Notes under the pieces: generated by a model
The model's database searches: none
Told to the model about the DNA's origin: nothing
The model's input: the letters and a program-made list of their open reading frames with translations, nothing else
Origin: an uncultured Gammaproteobacteria bacterium
GTDB lineage: Bacteria > Patescibacteriota > Patescibacteriia > Patescibacteriales > UBA12465
NCBI GenBank assembly: GCA_964587195.1
Contig: CAZPKN010000002.1
Coordinates: forward strand, 772-64,771
DNA length: 64,000 bases
Direction of reading: 5' to 3'
Part shown: positions 9,991-19,383 of the stretch, in pieces
How positions within the stretch are numbered: the first letter of the stretch is position 1
How the letters are laid out: every line of letters starts with the position of its first letter
Translations under genes and position numbers: made by a program

Positions 9991-10190
9991 TGGAGCGGGT
10001 AACGGGAACCTGCCTGCCGGCAGGCAGGTTCCGCGCTCGCTTTTCTTCCGAAAAGCTCACTTGTCCAGAGTTGGCGTCCGATATGCCCCCGGCATATCGT
10101 CCGACATTCGTCTGCATCCTCGCCGCTCAAAATAGCGGCTCGGATTTGACTCATTTCCAACTAGTTCGATTCCCGTAATTATCCAAACAA
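9991..10190 (-). ncRNA. unclassified GC-rich structured RNA or miniature element ending in a tRNA-Gly-like 3' end with CCA
   Basis: 9993-10008 is identical to 10228-10243, which is the reverse complement of the tRNA-Gly T-stem 3' half plus acceptor 3' strand. There are four strong hairpins. GC content is far above the surroundings. There is no credible ORF. Confidence 0.45.
10005..10032. repeat. perfect 28-nt GC-rich palindrome (ggaacctgcctgcc/ggcaggcaggttcc)
   Basis: Read directly from the sequence. The core 20-mer recurs at 62764-62783 with 2 substitutions. Confidence 0.9.
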
Positions 10191-10193
10191 AAC

Positions 10194-10223
10194 AAAAAGA
10201 GATAGCAATGCTATCTCTTTTTG
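10194..10223 (-). terminator. hairpin + U-run directly after tRNA-Gly
   Basis: Stem agagatagc/gctatctct (10198-10206 / 10210-10218), flanked by A- and T-runs. Confidence 0.65.
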
Positions 10224-10228
10224 TTTTG

Positions 10229-10300
10229 AGCGGGTAACGGGAATCGAACCCGTCTCTCGACCTTGGCAAGGTCGCATAATAACCACTATACGATACCCGC
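10229..10300 (-). tRNA. tRNA-Gly (anticodon GCC)
   Basis: Cloverleaf folded by hand. Acceptor gcgggta/tacccgc, anticodon loop ttGCCaa, T-loop ttcgatt. CCA is not encoded. Confidence 0.9.
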
Positions 10301-10319
10301 AATCTTACTTTACGTTGGG

Positions 10320-10403
10320 TGCCGCGGGCGGGAATCGAACCCGCACTGTATCGCTACAACTGGATTTTAAGTCCAGCGCGTCTACCAGTTCCGCCACCGC
10401 GGC
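10320..10403 (-). tRNA. tRNA-Leu (anticodon UAA)
   Basis: 84 nt with a long variable arm. Acceptor gccgcgg/ccgcggc, anticodon loop ctTAAaa. Confidence 0.9.
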
Positions 10404-10407
10404 ATTG

Positions 10408-10795
10408 TGGAGATGATGGGAGTTGAACCCATGTCCAACCGGTTTTCCTAAATACATTTACAAGGGTAGATCGATTTATTTTGTTTAACTTTAACCATCA
10501 AAAACCGAACGAAAAGCGATTAAAGCGATCTTAATTTTGTTTCGAAATAATCCGTTAAGCGCAAATTATTTCTATCTTCAGTTAAAATGACACCGACGAA
10601 CCGTTATGAAGACTGGCGGCTAGTCGATGGTTACAGCCTTATTTATTAGGCCATAACTGGAGCATAACTTGGGGTTGCCCAAGTGAAAGCTCTTGCCGTT
10701 TTGGCATTTGTGTTTTTTTAGCCAGTTTAACGTGATTAACTAAGCACGCCTTGAATACCTAGAAAAAGATCCGACTGTCGATGCCTAGCATCCCC
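10408..10795 (-). ncRNA. ssrA: tmRNA (SsrA)
   Basis: The 5' end is GGGGATGCTAGGCATCGACAGTCGGATC. The 3' tRNA-like end is GGACATGGGTTCAACTCCCATCATCTCCA. It lies 10 nt downstream of smpB. The candidate tag frame ends ...TPSYAPVMA with TAATAA. Confidence 0.9.
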
Positions 10796-10805
10796 AGATA
10801 ATTTT

Positions 10806-11267
10806 CTACTTACCTCTTTTTGTTAACGAGCGCAGGCGCCGATCGACCTCCCGTTTCTTAATAGTTTCACGCTTATCATATTTCTTTTTACCCTTGGCGA
10901 CGGCGAACTCCAGCTTCAGAAAACTATGATTAGTATATATTTTCAAAGGGATAAGTGTCAAGCCTTCGGTCAGTTTCTTTCCTAATAAATGGTCAATTTC
11001 CCGTCTTTTCAGAAGCAGCTTACGCTCTCTTAAAGGATTATAATTTGGTAGCGGACCGGCGTTTTTATAAGGCGGAATCTGGCAATTAATTAAATATAGT
11101 TCCGGCTTCCCGTTTTTTGTTCTAATGCTAATAAAACTTCCTTTTAAACTAGCTTGTCCGGCTTTAACCGCTTTAACCTCAAAACCAAGCAAAACCAAGC
11201 CCGCCTCGTATTTATCGCGGACCTCATAATCAAAATTAGCTTTTTTGTTGTTCGCTAGCGCCGGCAT
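10806..11267 (-). CDS. smpB: SsrA-binding protein SmpB
   Basis: NKKANFDYEV motif, basic C-terminal tail, adjacent tmRNA. Confidence 0.9.
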   Translation of the reverse strand: MPALANNKKANFDYEVRDKYEAGLVLLGFEVKAVKAGQASLKGSFISIRTKNGKPELYLINCQIPPYKNAGPLPNYNPLRERKLLLKRREIDHLLGKKLTEGLTLIPLKIYTNHSFLKLEFAVAKGKKKYDKRETIKKREVDRRLRSLTKRGK

Positions 11268-12546
11268 AGTTCCATTCTTTTAGCTTACTAATAACTTTTT
11301 CGTTAGTTAAAATATTACTTAAATATGAGTGATAACCTTCTTCATGAAGCATTTTCTGAATTTCTGGATTATTAGCATATTGCTTTTCGAGTTCATCAAT
11401 TTTTTCATGAATATCCTCATGAGTCACTTGAATTTTTTCGGCAACCGCAATTTCGCGAATCACTAAGGCCGACTTAACTCTTTTAATTGCATTCGGAAGC
11501 ATTTCTAACATTAACTCATCTTTAGTTTTTTTAATATGAGCTAAATAGTCTTCAAATTTTCCGCCTTGGCGAATAACACTTTGTTCAAGCTCAGATAACA
11601 TATGATGGCTTTCACTATCGATGATTACTTCCGGCAAATCGCCAAATTTCGTATCGTCAACAATCTTCCCTAACATTTCCGATTCATTTTTTAAATCAAC
11701 ATTCCTCTTTTTTTCTTGAAGCAAACTCTCGGCTAAATTTTTCTTTAGCTCAGCCATATCCTTAAGCTGAAAAAATTTAGCAAATTCATCATTAAGCTCG
11801 GGCTTCTGTCTTTCGGCCACTTCTTTGACTTTTACCTCGAAAGAAACATTTTTTCCGGCGATGCTTTTCTGATGATGGTTTTCAGGATAAACTAAATCAA
11901 ACTTTTTCTCCTCGTCTTTTTTAGCGCCAATAATTTTTTCATCAAAGCCGGGAACAAAATAATTTTTGCCTAAGATAATCGCTAAGTCTTTATGTTGGCC
12001 ATCTTCAAGTGGGACCTTATCTAAAGACATCTTAATATCTAAGACAACTTTATCACCTTCTTTAGCCGCTCTTTCAACTGGTTTTTCTTGAGCGCGCATT
12101 TCGCGTAAATCTTCAAAAGCCTTATCAAGCTCTTTATCTTCAATTTTTGCTTCTTCAGCTTTTAGGCCAAGATCTTTATATTTTCCTAAAGTAATTTCTG
12201 GTAAAACAGACACGGTAACCTTATACTCAAACGGGTTTTCAGGGGCTAGTTTAGTAATGCTGACTTGAGGTTGGCCAATCGCTTGGCGATCGCCAGAATT
12301 ATTTTGGACCGCTTCATCGATAGTTTTTTTAATAGCGATATTGGCCGCCTCTTCTAAAATAGTCATCTCGCCAATTTTCTTTTTTAAAATATCAACCGGG
12401 ACTTTACCGGGGCGGAAGCCTTCGATTTTAACCTGTTCAGAAACTTTTTGGGCGCCTTTTTCAACATACGGAGAAAATTCTTCCGCACTAAGCTCAACGG
12501 TAATTTCAATTTGTGATTTTTCCAAGTCTTTTTTACTGATTTGCAT
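11236..12546 (-). CDS. tig: trigger factor
   Basis: Three-domain trigger-factor layout of N-terminal ribosome-binding region, FKBP-like middle and helical C-terminus. The 3' end overlaps smpB by 32 nt. Confidence 0.85.
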   Translation of the reverse strand: MQISKKDLEKSQIEITVELSAEEFSPYVEKGAQKVSEQVKIEGFRPGKVPVDILKKKIGEMTILEEAANIAIKKTIDEAVQNNSGDRQAIGQPQVSITKLAPENPFEYKVTVSVLPEITLGKYKDLGLKAEEAKIEDKELDKAFEDLREMRAQEKPVERAAKEGDKVVLDIKMSLDKVPLEDGQHKDLAIILGKNYFVPGFDEKIIGAKKDEEKKFDLVYPENHHQKSIAGKNVSFEVKVKEVAERQKPELNDEFAKFFQLKDMAELKKNLAESLLQEKKRNVDLKNESEMLGKIVDDTKFGDLPEVIIDSESHHMLSELEQSVIRQGGKFEDYLAHIKKTKDELMLEMLPNAIKRVKSALVIREIAVAEKIQVTHEDIHEKIDELEKQYANNPEIQKMLHEEGYHSYLSNILTNEKVISKLKEWNYAGASEQQKS

Positions 12547-12607
12547 ATTGATTCTTATGGTTAACAGAAGCGGGCCATGGCCCGCTCTTAATTAATTAAT
12601 CGACTAT

Positions 12608-12635
12608 ATTATATCATATTTAAGGCAAAAATCAA
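12608..12635 (-). promoter_or_regulatory. promoter of the tig-smpB-ssrA-tRNA unit, TTGATT-16-TATAAT
   Basis: On the minus strand, TTGATT at 12635-12630 and TATAAT at 12613-12608. An 18-nt perfect palindrome (agcgggccatggcccgct, 12569-12586) lies in the leader. Confidence 0.6.
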
Positions 12636-12641
12636 GGTAAT

Positions 12642-12667
12642 AAAAAAGCAACCGTTTAAGGTTGCTA
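12642..12667 (-). terminator. rho-independent terminator after the 12674-13660 gene
   Basis: Stem agcaacc/ggttgct. A U-run follows on the minus strand. Confidence 0.7.
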
Positions 12668-12673
12668 GATATG

Positions 12674-13660
12674 TTAGAATTTCAAAACTTCTTCATTTAA
12701 TTTTTGAAGAAGCTTCAAAAAATCAAGTTTGGCGGCTTCATAATCTTTAACCAAATCATGAATTGGCAGGTATTTTGAAGCGTAGGCAACAAAATTTCTT
12801 TTTCCTATCTTATAGGACAATATACACAACCAAGGGAATTTCTCGAGCCCTTTGTCCATTACCGCTCCGGCATCAAAATAATCCTCAACTTGGTTTAATA
12901 CTAAACACCCAACTGATCGGCCTCGCCTTTTAGCTTCCGAAAAAATCGGATGTTGATCGGAAAAATTTTCTGCCCACAATGAAGCTTTGCCCATAACCTC
13001 ATTAAATTCTCGCTCTCCGGCGGTTAAGCCAAAATTTTCCTGACCAGAAATAAGCTCGATTACAATCGAGTTAAAGAGCACGAATTTTTCCACCTCATTA
13101 TTATCTTCTGGGCCTTGAAGATTTTCAATCATCAAAAAACTTTTTAAATAGCGCCCCGCTAAAGCATTATTGATGTTTTTTTGAATCATTGCTTCTTCGG
13201 CTAACAACCATTCATCTTTTATCTCTCGTATTCTCTTCAGCCCCTGAAGACAACTAAATTCTGGGTTGATGCAAATAAGTTGGCTCTGAGAATAGAGAAA
13301 AGAGAGGAGATTATCCGGCCAAATATGATCATCAAACCAGCCCAAAATATTATCGGAATTTTTATCAAAGAAAAAAGCAATTTCCCTAGCATCAGCCTCA
13401 TCTTTAGGATAAATTCCAAACAGAACATACTTATCACCAGAACAGTTTGCCCTTCCGTTAAAATGTGTATTACCGATAACTGTTAATAATTTCTTATCAA
13501 ATTCTTCTTGAACGGCTGCTAAATCTTTATTAAGTCCTTTTGGCTCAAACGGCATAATCAAACATTGCTCAGAATAATATTCTTGTTTTATGTTTGATAT
13601 AAAAGCGGCCACTGCAAATACCAACTCTGGATAATCCGGATTAACTAAAATATGTATCAT
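12674..13660 (-). CDS. hypothetical protein
   Basis: 328-aa ORF with its own promoter and terminator. No motif I recognise. Confidence 0.5.
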   Translation of the reverse strand: MIHILVNPDYPELVFAVAAFISNIKQEYYSEQCLIMPFEPKGLNKDLAAVQEEFDKKLLTVIGNTHFNGRANCSGDKYVLFGIYPKDEADAREIAFFFDKNSDNILGWFDDHIWPDNLLSFLYSQSQLICINPEFSCLQGLKRIREIKDEWLLAEEAMIQKNINNALAGRYLKSFLMIENLQGPEDNNEVEKFVLFNSIVIELISGQENFGLTAGEREFNEVMGKASLWAENFSDQHPIFSEAKRRGRSVGCLVLNQVEDYFDAGAVMDKGLEKFPWLCILSYKIGKRNFVAYASKYLPIHDLVKDYEAAKLDFLKLLQKLNEEVLKF

Positions 13661-13733
13661 GGCAATATGTTTTGTGAGTAATGAAATCTTCCTTACTCTG
13701 GTTAATATTTATTTTTAAATAACTAGAAAAACT

Positions 13734-13762
13734 ATTATGATATAATTAAAAGATTTTGTCAA
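13734..13762 (-). promoter_or_regulatory. promoter, TTGACA-17-CATAAT
   Basis: On the minus strand, TTGACA at 13762-13757 and CATAAT at 13739-13734. Confidence 0.65.
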
Positions 13763-13834
13763 TACTAGAAAAAATACTAAAAAGCCCGAGGAAAACTCGA
13801 GCTTTTTTATAATCTAAATTCGCTTAAAAAATTA

Positions 13835-15847
13835 TTACATCATCAACAAGCCAACAATCAATAGAGCAACAATGTTTAGAACCTTAATCATTGGATTAAT
13901 CGCTGGGCCGGCAGTATCCTTATAAGGATCGCCAACCGTGTCGCCAGTAACGGCTGCCTTATGAGCATCAGAACCTTTACCGCCGAAGAAGCCGGATTCA
14001 ATATATTTCTTAGCGTTATCCCAAGCGCCGCCGCCAGAAGTCATCGAGACCGCAACAAAAATTCCGGTAACAATAGAGCCGACTAATAATCCGCCCAAAG
14101 CTTCAAGGCCAGCGCCTGGCTTGATCATATTAAAACCAAAACCAACTAAAATAGGAACAATAACCGGAATAAGAGCCGGAATAATCATTTCGCGAATTGC
14201 CGCTTTAGTAACAATATCAACCGTGCGTCCATAGTCTGGTTTTTCTGTTCCAGCCATAATGCCTAATTTCTCCTTAAATTGAGCGCGAACGTCTTCAACA
14301 ACTGATCCGGCCGCCTTGCCAACCGCTTGCATAGACATAGCGCCGAAAATATATGGCAAAGCGCCACCGATAAATAATCCAATTAAGACGAATGGGTTAT
14401 CAATTAAAAATTCCGCACTGCCGCCGGATTCTTTAATCTTATAGGTAAAGTCGGCGAACAAAACTAAAGCGGCTAAAGCAGCTGAACCGATGGCATAGCC
14501 CTTAGTAACTGCTTTGGTGGTATTACCAACTGCATCTAATGGGTCGGTAACATTTCTAACATCCTCTCCTAATTCGGCCATTTCCGCGATACCGCCCGCA
14601 TTATCAGTAATTGGACCATAGGCATCGATGGTAACAATAATTCCCGCCATTGATAACATAGCCATGGCAGCGATAGCAATTCCATATAATCCAGCCAAAG
14701 AATAGGCCCCGAAGATAGCTAAACAAATAACAATAATCGGAGCGGCGGTTGATTTCATAGAAACTGCTAACCCGGCAATAACGTTAGTGCCGTGGCCAGT
14801 ATTAGAGGCTTCGGCAATACTCTTAACCGGTTTATAGGCGGTAGAGGTATAATATTCTGTAATAACAACTAACAAACCGGTAACTGCTAAACCAATTAAA
14901 GCTGAAAAATAAATCTTTAAGCTTAATCCGCCGCTAATCATGTACTTAGTAATTGGATAAAAAGCAATGGCCGCTAAAACACCGGAAGCAATCAACCCCT
15001 TATAGAGCGCTTGCATGATATTATTTTTCTTTCCTAACCGGATAAAGAAGATGCCAATAATGGATACCAAGATAGAAACGCCTCCCAGCATTAAAGGATA
15101 TAAAAGGATATTGCTGTTACCAATAAAAGTTAATGAACCTAAAACCATGGCGGCAATCAAAGTAACCGCATAAGTTTCAAATAAATCGGCGGCCATTCCA
15201 GCGCAATCACCAACGTTATCACCAACGTTATCAGCAATTACCGCTGGGTTACGAGGATCATCTTCTGGGATAGAAGCTTCAACTTTTCCAACTAAGTCAG
15301 CGCCCACATCAGCCGCTTTAGTATAAATACCGCCGCCAAGTCGGGCAAAAATAGAAATTAATGATCCGCCGAAAGCAAAACCAATCAAGGCATGTAGATC
15401 TTTAGTTATAAAATAGAAACCAGCCGTTCCAATAAGAGCTAAACCAACAACTAACATCCCGGTTACGCTCCCGCCTTTAACGGCGACATTTAGAGCTTTT
15501 TTAAGTCCGCCGCGAGCAGCTTCAGTCGTTCTGACGTTAGCGCGCACGCTGACAAACATACCAATATAACCGGTTAAAGCCGACAAAGCCGCACCGATTA
15601 TAAAAGCAAGGGCGGTTTTCCAACCTAAAGCCGGAATAAAGCCAATCACCAAAAATAAAATCACGGCCACAATCGCCACTGACTTATACTGGCGATTTAA
15701 AAAAGCCTTGGCCCCGGCCTGAATAGCCTTGGCAATTTCTTTCATTTTGTCGCTTCCTTCCGGCAAGCGTAGAGTCGAGGCAATTACTAACGCCCCGTAA
15801 ACGATAGCGATTAGCGCACACCCGAGAATGAATAAAGTCATCATCAT
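13835..15847 (-). CDS. hppA: membrane-bound proton/sodium-translocating pyrophosphatase
   Basis: [20 protein letters not shown] and [19 protein letters not shown] motifs. Polytopic membrane protein. Confidence 0.95.
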   Translation of the reverse strand: MMMTLFILGCALIAIVYGALVIASTLRLPEGSDKMKEIAKAIQAGAKAFLNRQYKSVAIVAVILFLVIGFIPALGWKTALAFIIGAALSALTGYIGMFVSVRANVRTTEAARGGLKKALNVAVKGGSVTGMLVVGLALIGTAGFYFITKDLHALIGFAFGGSLISIFARLGGGIYTKAADVGADLVGKVEASIPEDDPRNPAVIADNVGDNVGDCAGMAADLFETYAVTLIAAMVLGSLTFIGNSNILLYPLMLGGVSILVSIIGIFFIRLGKKNNIMQALYKGLIASGVLAAIAFYPITKYMISGGLSLKIYFSALIGLAVTGLLVVITEYYTSTAYKPVKSIAEASNTGHGTNVIAGLAVSMKSTAAPIIVICLAIFGAYSLAGLYGIAIAAMAMLSMAGIIVTIDAYGPITDNAGGIAEMAELGEDVRNVTDPLDAVGNTTKAVTKGYAIGSAALAALVLFADFTYKIKESGGSAEFLIDNPFVLIGLFIGGALPYIFGAMSMQAVGKAAGSVVEDVRAQFKEKLGIMAGTEKPDYGRTVDIVTKAAIREMIIPALIPVIVPILVGFGFNMIKPGAGLEALGGLLVGSIVTGIFVAVSMTSGGGAWDNAKKYIESGFFGGKGSDAHKAAVTGDTVGDPYKDTAGPAINPMIKVLNIVALLIVGLLMM

Positions 15848-15872
15848 AGATTTTTCGATTTATTCTTTTATA

Positions 15873-17216
15873 TTATTTTTTAGATTTTTTAGTTTTTGGT
15901 TTTTCTTCAGTTTCAGTTTCAGCTTCGCTAGACTCTTTAACTTCAATATTTTCTTCACTAACTGCGACTACAGGAGCATTATTTTGCTCATCATTTAAAA
16001 GCTCCGTGCTTTCTCCGTCACTAGCGACAATTTTTTTCTCTTCACCATCTTCGGCGGCTTCAATGATATCGATTTTCCAGCCAGTCAAACGAGCCGCTAA
16101 ACGGACATTTTGACCATTTTTACCGATGGCTAAAGATAATTTATCAGAACTTACTTTAACAACTGCCTTGTGTTCTTCTTCATCTAAATCGATAGAAATT
16201 ACTTTGGCTGGGGCTAAAGCATTAGCAATAAACTTATTTTGGTCTTCACTGTACTCAATAATATCAATTTTTTCACCGCCGAGCTCACTAATAATAGTTT
16301 GGATACGGCTGCCGCGCTGGCCGACGCAAGAGCCAACCGGGTCGACGTTCTCGGCTTCTGTCCAAATAGCGACCTTCGAGCGAGAACCTGCTTCACGAGC
16401 CACTCCTTTTATCTCGACTAAACCATTGGCGATTTCCGGAATTTCTAAGTAAAAAACTTTCTTTAAAATTTCTTCACTGCGGCGTGATAAAACTATTTCT
16501 GGCCCCTTATGACCTTCGCGAACCTCTTTAATAAAAACCTTAACTCTGTCATTAGGATTATATCTTTCACTATAGATTTGCTCTTCAGCCGGCAAAATAC
16601 CAATCGCTTTTCCTAAATCAACAAACACAAAGCGGCCTTCGCGGCGTTGAACAATACCGGAAACAACTTCATTTTCCTTATCCTTAAACTCACCAAAAAT
16701 CATATCCCGCTCCATCTCTCTAAGTTTCTGGATAATGACTTGTTTGGCGGTCTGGGCGGCCATGCGGCCATAGCTATCGGGAATAGGCAAGTCAGTGACA
16801 ACTTCATCGCCGACTTTAGCGTCATGCTTTAGAATCATCGCTTCTTTAATTTGAATATCAGTTTTTGGATTGAACTTTTTCTTGTCGTCTTCATCGGCTG
16901 AATCTTCGACTTCATGAAAACTGCGCGTCTCTTCGCGGTACTCTTCCTTCTTCGGTTCACGAGGAGCAGGATTATATAAATTTTGAAGCATTTCCGCCTC
17001 TTCTTGTTCTGGTAAATTTTCGACAACCGTTTTTACGTCATAAATCTTTGAGGATCCGTCTTGCGGATTGAATTGAACGCGCACGTTTTGATTGCGTTCT
17101 CCGTAATCTTTACGGTAAGCGGCGGCTAGAGCGAGCTCGATGGCGGAGATGACTGAGTTATAATCGAGATTCTTTTCCTCGCAAAGCTGCTTAATAGCGG
17201 TGCTAATGTCTGACAT
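15873..17216 (-). CDS. nusA: transcription termination/antitermination factor NusA
   Basis: S1 domain plus two KH motifs (GSCVGQRGSRIQTI, AIGKNGQNVRLAARLTGWKIDI). It also has an acidic insert and an acidic tail. Confidence 0.9.
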   Translation of the reverse strand: MSDISTAIKQLCEEKNLDYNSVISAIELALAAAYRKDYGERNQNVRVQFNPQDGSSKIYDVKTVVENLPEQEEAEMLQNLYNPAPREPKKEEYREETRSFHEVEDSADEDDKKKFNPKTDIQIKEAMILKHDAKVGDEVVTDLPIPDSYGRMAAQTAKQVIIQKLREMERDMIFGEFKDKENEVVSGIVQRREGRFVFVDLGKAIGILPAEEQIYSERYNPNDRVKVFIKEVREGHKGPEIVLSRRSEEILKKVFYLEIPEIANGLVEIKGVAREAGSRSKVAIWTEAENVDPVGSCVGQRGSRIQTIISELGGEKIDIIEYSEDQNKFIANALAPAKVISIDLDEEEHKAVVKVSSDKLSLAIGKNGQNVRLAARLTGWKIDIIEAAEDGEEKKIVASDGESTELLNDEQNNAPVVAVSEENIEVKESSEAETETEEKPKTKKSKK

Positions 17217-17302
17217 ATGTTTTTTATTATCCCTAAATAGGGGTCTAACTTTTAATTTAAGAGAAAAAGCTAATTGTATTAAACAACTAGCTTTCTGAAT
17301 CC

Positions 17303-17330
17303 ATTATAGCATTTTTTGGTAATTTGTCAA
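17303..17330 (-). promoter_or_regulatory. nusA-hppA promoter, TTGACA-16-TATAAT
   Basis: On the minus strand, TTGACA at 17330-17325 and TATAAT at 17308-17303. Confidence 0.7.
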
Positions 17331-17361
17331 AACCAGAGTCATAAAGTCGCTAAGCGCCAAA

Positions 17362-17799
17362 CTATCTATCCCAAATCTGCGCATTATTATTAACCGCTCT
17401 GGTTATATACCTTAGAACGGCGGTAGTAATTAGCCAGGAAGTTAAAACAATCGCCAAACCGATAACGGCATCTTTAATCTGCGAGAGAGCTTTCTTGGTT
17501 TGGTCCTCATTGCCGGCTGAGGTCATATATCTAAACCCGGCGAAAACTAATAAAGAAACAAAAATTATTCCTAGTAAACCAAGAATGATTTTAATAATAT
17601 TAACGATAATAACCCTAATATCAGGGTTCTCCTCGCTCCAGCCAAAAGCCCTTTTCATATCCGATATTCCTTCTTGACTTTCGAATAAACTCTCGGTAGC
17701 AAAAGCTGATTGAGTGGAAAAACTGAAAATAGCAATCTGTAGTCCTCCCAACAACATCACTAGCAATAGAGATAGAAGATATTTTCGAGTCCGGGTCAT
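17362..17799 (-). CDS. small secreted two-TM protein, TrbC/VirB2-like (T4SS-pilin-like) topology
   Basis: Signal peptide ending SAFA, then two hydrophobic helices separated by a short polar loop (FRYMTSAGNEDQTKK). The call rests on topology and my recollection of a CPR pilin family. Confidence 0.45.
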   Translation of the reverse strand: MTRTRKYLLSLLLVMLLGGLQIAIFSFSTQSAFATESLFESQEGISDMKRAFGWSEENPDIRVIIVNIIKIILGLLGIIFVSLLVFAGFRYMTSAGNEDQTKKALSQIKDAVIGLAIVLTSWLITTAVLRYITRAVNNNAQIWDR

Positions 17800-17894
17800 A
17801 AATATGATATAATTTAAGTTAGATTGACAATTTGCTTTTCTAGCCCTAAAGTCATATCCTTATTATATTAAATTGCGCCTAAAAATACAAGAAA

Positions 17895-19373
17895 ATGAGC
17901 CTAGCTAAAAAAGTTGCCCATAATACCTTAATCCAGGCCGTCGGAAAAATAATTTCAACGGCCTTAGGGCTTTTTTCTTTGGCACTGATAACGCGCCATC
18001 TCGGTCAAGATGGTTTTGGAGAGTATACAACTATTTATACTTTTTTAACTTTTTTTGCCGTCATCGCTGACTTAGGGTTAACGCTAATAACTGTTCAAAT
18101 GATTAGCGGTGAAACGGCCAATGAAAGTCGAATTTTAAACAATTTATTTAGCCTGCGCTTCATATCGGCAATTTTCTTTATAGGACTAGCCCCGATTATC
18201 GTTAGTTTTTTACCATATAGCCCAGCGGTGAAATTGGGAGTTTTAATCACTGCGGCCGCTTTTGTCTTCCCAGCTCTGAACCAAATTCTAGTCGGTTTAT
18301 TTCAAAAGCGTTTAAGCATGGACAGAGCTTCAATAGCTGAAATCGCCAGCCGTATCGTTCTGCTTTTAGGAATTATTATCAGCCATAGATTAAATGGCGG
18401 CTTAAACGGCGTTTTGATAGCGACAGTTGCTTCTGGAGCGGTTAACTTTGCTTTACATTATATTCTCGCTTTGAAATTTACTTTTTTAAAGTTTGCCTTT
18501 GATTTATCTTTATGGAAAAAAATTATTAAAAAATCTTGGCCGTTAGCTTTAACGATTATTCTAAATTTAATTTACCTACGCGCCGATACCCTGATTTTAT
18601 CTTTATTTAAAGATCCTGGCGAAGTGGGCCTATATGGAGCGGCTTATCGAATTATCGACGTTGTGACGACTTTGCCGTTTATGTTTGCCGGATTAATCCT
18701 CCCGATTTTAACAGCAGTCTGGTTAGAAAAAAAACAAGAATCATTTCATAAAATTCTCCAAAAATCTTTTGATTTTATGGCCATCATCGCCATCCCCTTA
18801 TTAATCGGCGCTCAATTCCTAGCCGGTCCGATTATGACTTCTATTGCTGGGAAAGATTTTGCCGCCGCCGGACCGATTTTGCGCATTTTAATCTTTTCTG
18901 TCGCTGCTATCTTCTTAGGAACTATTTTTACCCATGCTGCCATTGCGCTTGATAAACAAAAAAAATTAATTGGCTTTTATGCTTTTACTAGTATCAGTTC
19001 TTTATTAGCTTATTTATTCTTAATCCCTCGCTATTCATATTTTGGAGCGGCGGCGGTTACTATTTATAGCGAAGTTTTAATTATGATCTTTTCGGCTTAT
19101 TGCGTTTACAAGTACAGTCGGTTCCGCCCCAATCTACAAGTATCAGGGAAGTCTCTGCTAGCCAGCTTAATTATGGGGGTCTTCCTTTATTTTTTGCCCC
19201 CCGCTTTACTTGCTTCTTTAAACGGCTTATTAATTAGCTTGGCAGCGGCTATTTTTCTGTATTTTTTGCTGTTGTATTTCTTGGGGGGAATTAAATCAGA
19301 AGAATTGAGAGTTATTTTAAGTAAACAATCAAAAGGCGGGGCTCCGACTTATGATCCGGGCAGTAATTTTTAA
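17895..19373 (+). CDS. polysaccharide/lipid-linked oligosaccharide flippase (Wzx/MurJ-like MOP superfamily)
   Basis: About 12-14 predicted TM helices, with an N-terminus typical of PST-family flippases. Confidence 0.65.
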   Translation: MSLAKKVAHNTLIQAVGKIISTALGLFSLALITRHLGQDGFGEYTTIYTFLTFFAVIADLGLTLITVQMISGETANESRILNNLFSLRFISAIFFIGLAPIIVSFLPYSPAVKLGVLITAAAFVFPALNQILVGLFQKRLSMDRASIAEIASRIVLLLGIIISHRLNGGLNGVLIATVASGAVNFALHYILALKFTFLKFAFDLSLWKKIIKKSWPLALTIILNLIYLRADTLILSLFKDPGEVGLYGAAYRIIDVVTTLPFMFAGLILPILTAVWLEKKQESFHKILQKSFDFMAIIAIPLLIGAQFLAGPIMTSIAGKDFAAAGPILRILIFSVAAIFLGTIFTHAAIALDKQKKLIGFYAFTSISSLLAYLFLIPRYSYFGAAAVTIYSEVLIMIFSAYCVYKYSRFRPNLQVSGKSLLASLIMGVFLYFLPPALLASLNGLLISLAAAIFLYFLLLYFLGGIKSEELRVILSKQSKGGAPTYDPGSNF

Positions 19374-19383
19374 ATAATCATGT

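Noticed and set aside
9991-10190. The structured element as SRP (4.5S) RNA, 6S RNA or RNase P RNA.
   Set aside because: A GGAA tetraloop hairpin is present, but the SRP domain IV loops (AGG/AGCA context) and the long end-to-end helix are absent. There is no GAGGAAAGTCC-type RNase P core, and the element is too short. It is a multi-hairpin rather than a 6S-like bulged rod.
9991-10190. The element as a tRNA-Gly gene split by an intron.
   Set aside because: No 5' acceptor strand (gcgggta or a G-U variant), D arm or anticodon arm can be found on the minus strand upstream of the insert. Only the last 18 nt of the tRNA are present.
9969-10302. ORFs 9969-10160(-), 9990-10178(+) and 10057-10302(-).
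   Set aside because: They run across tRNA-Gly and the GC-rich structured element. Their open frames are a by-product of GC-rich RNA sequence in an AT-rich genome.
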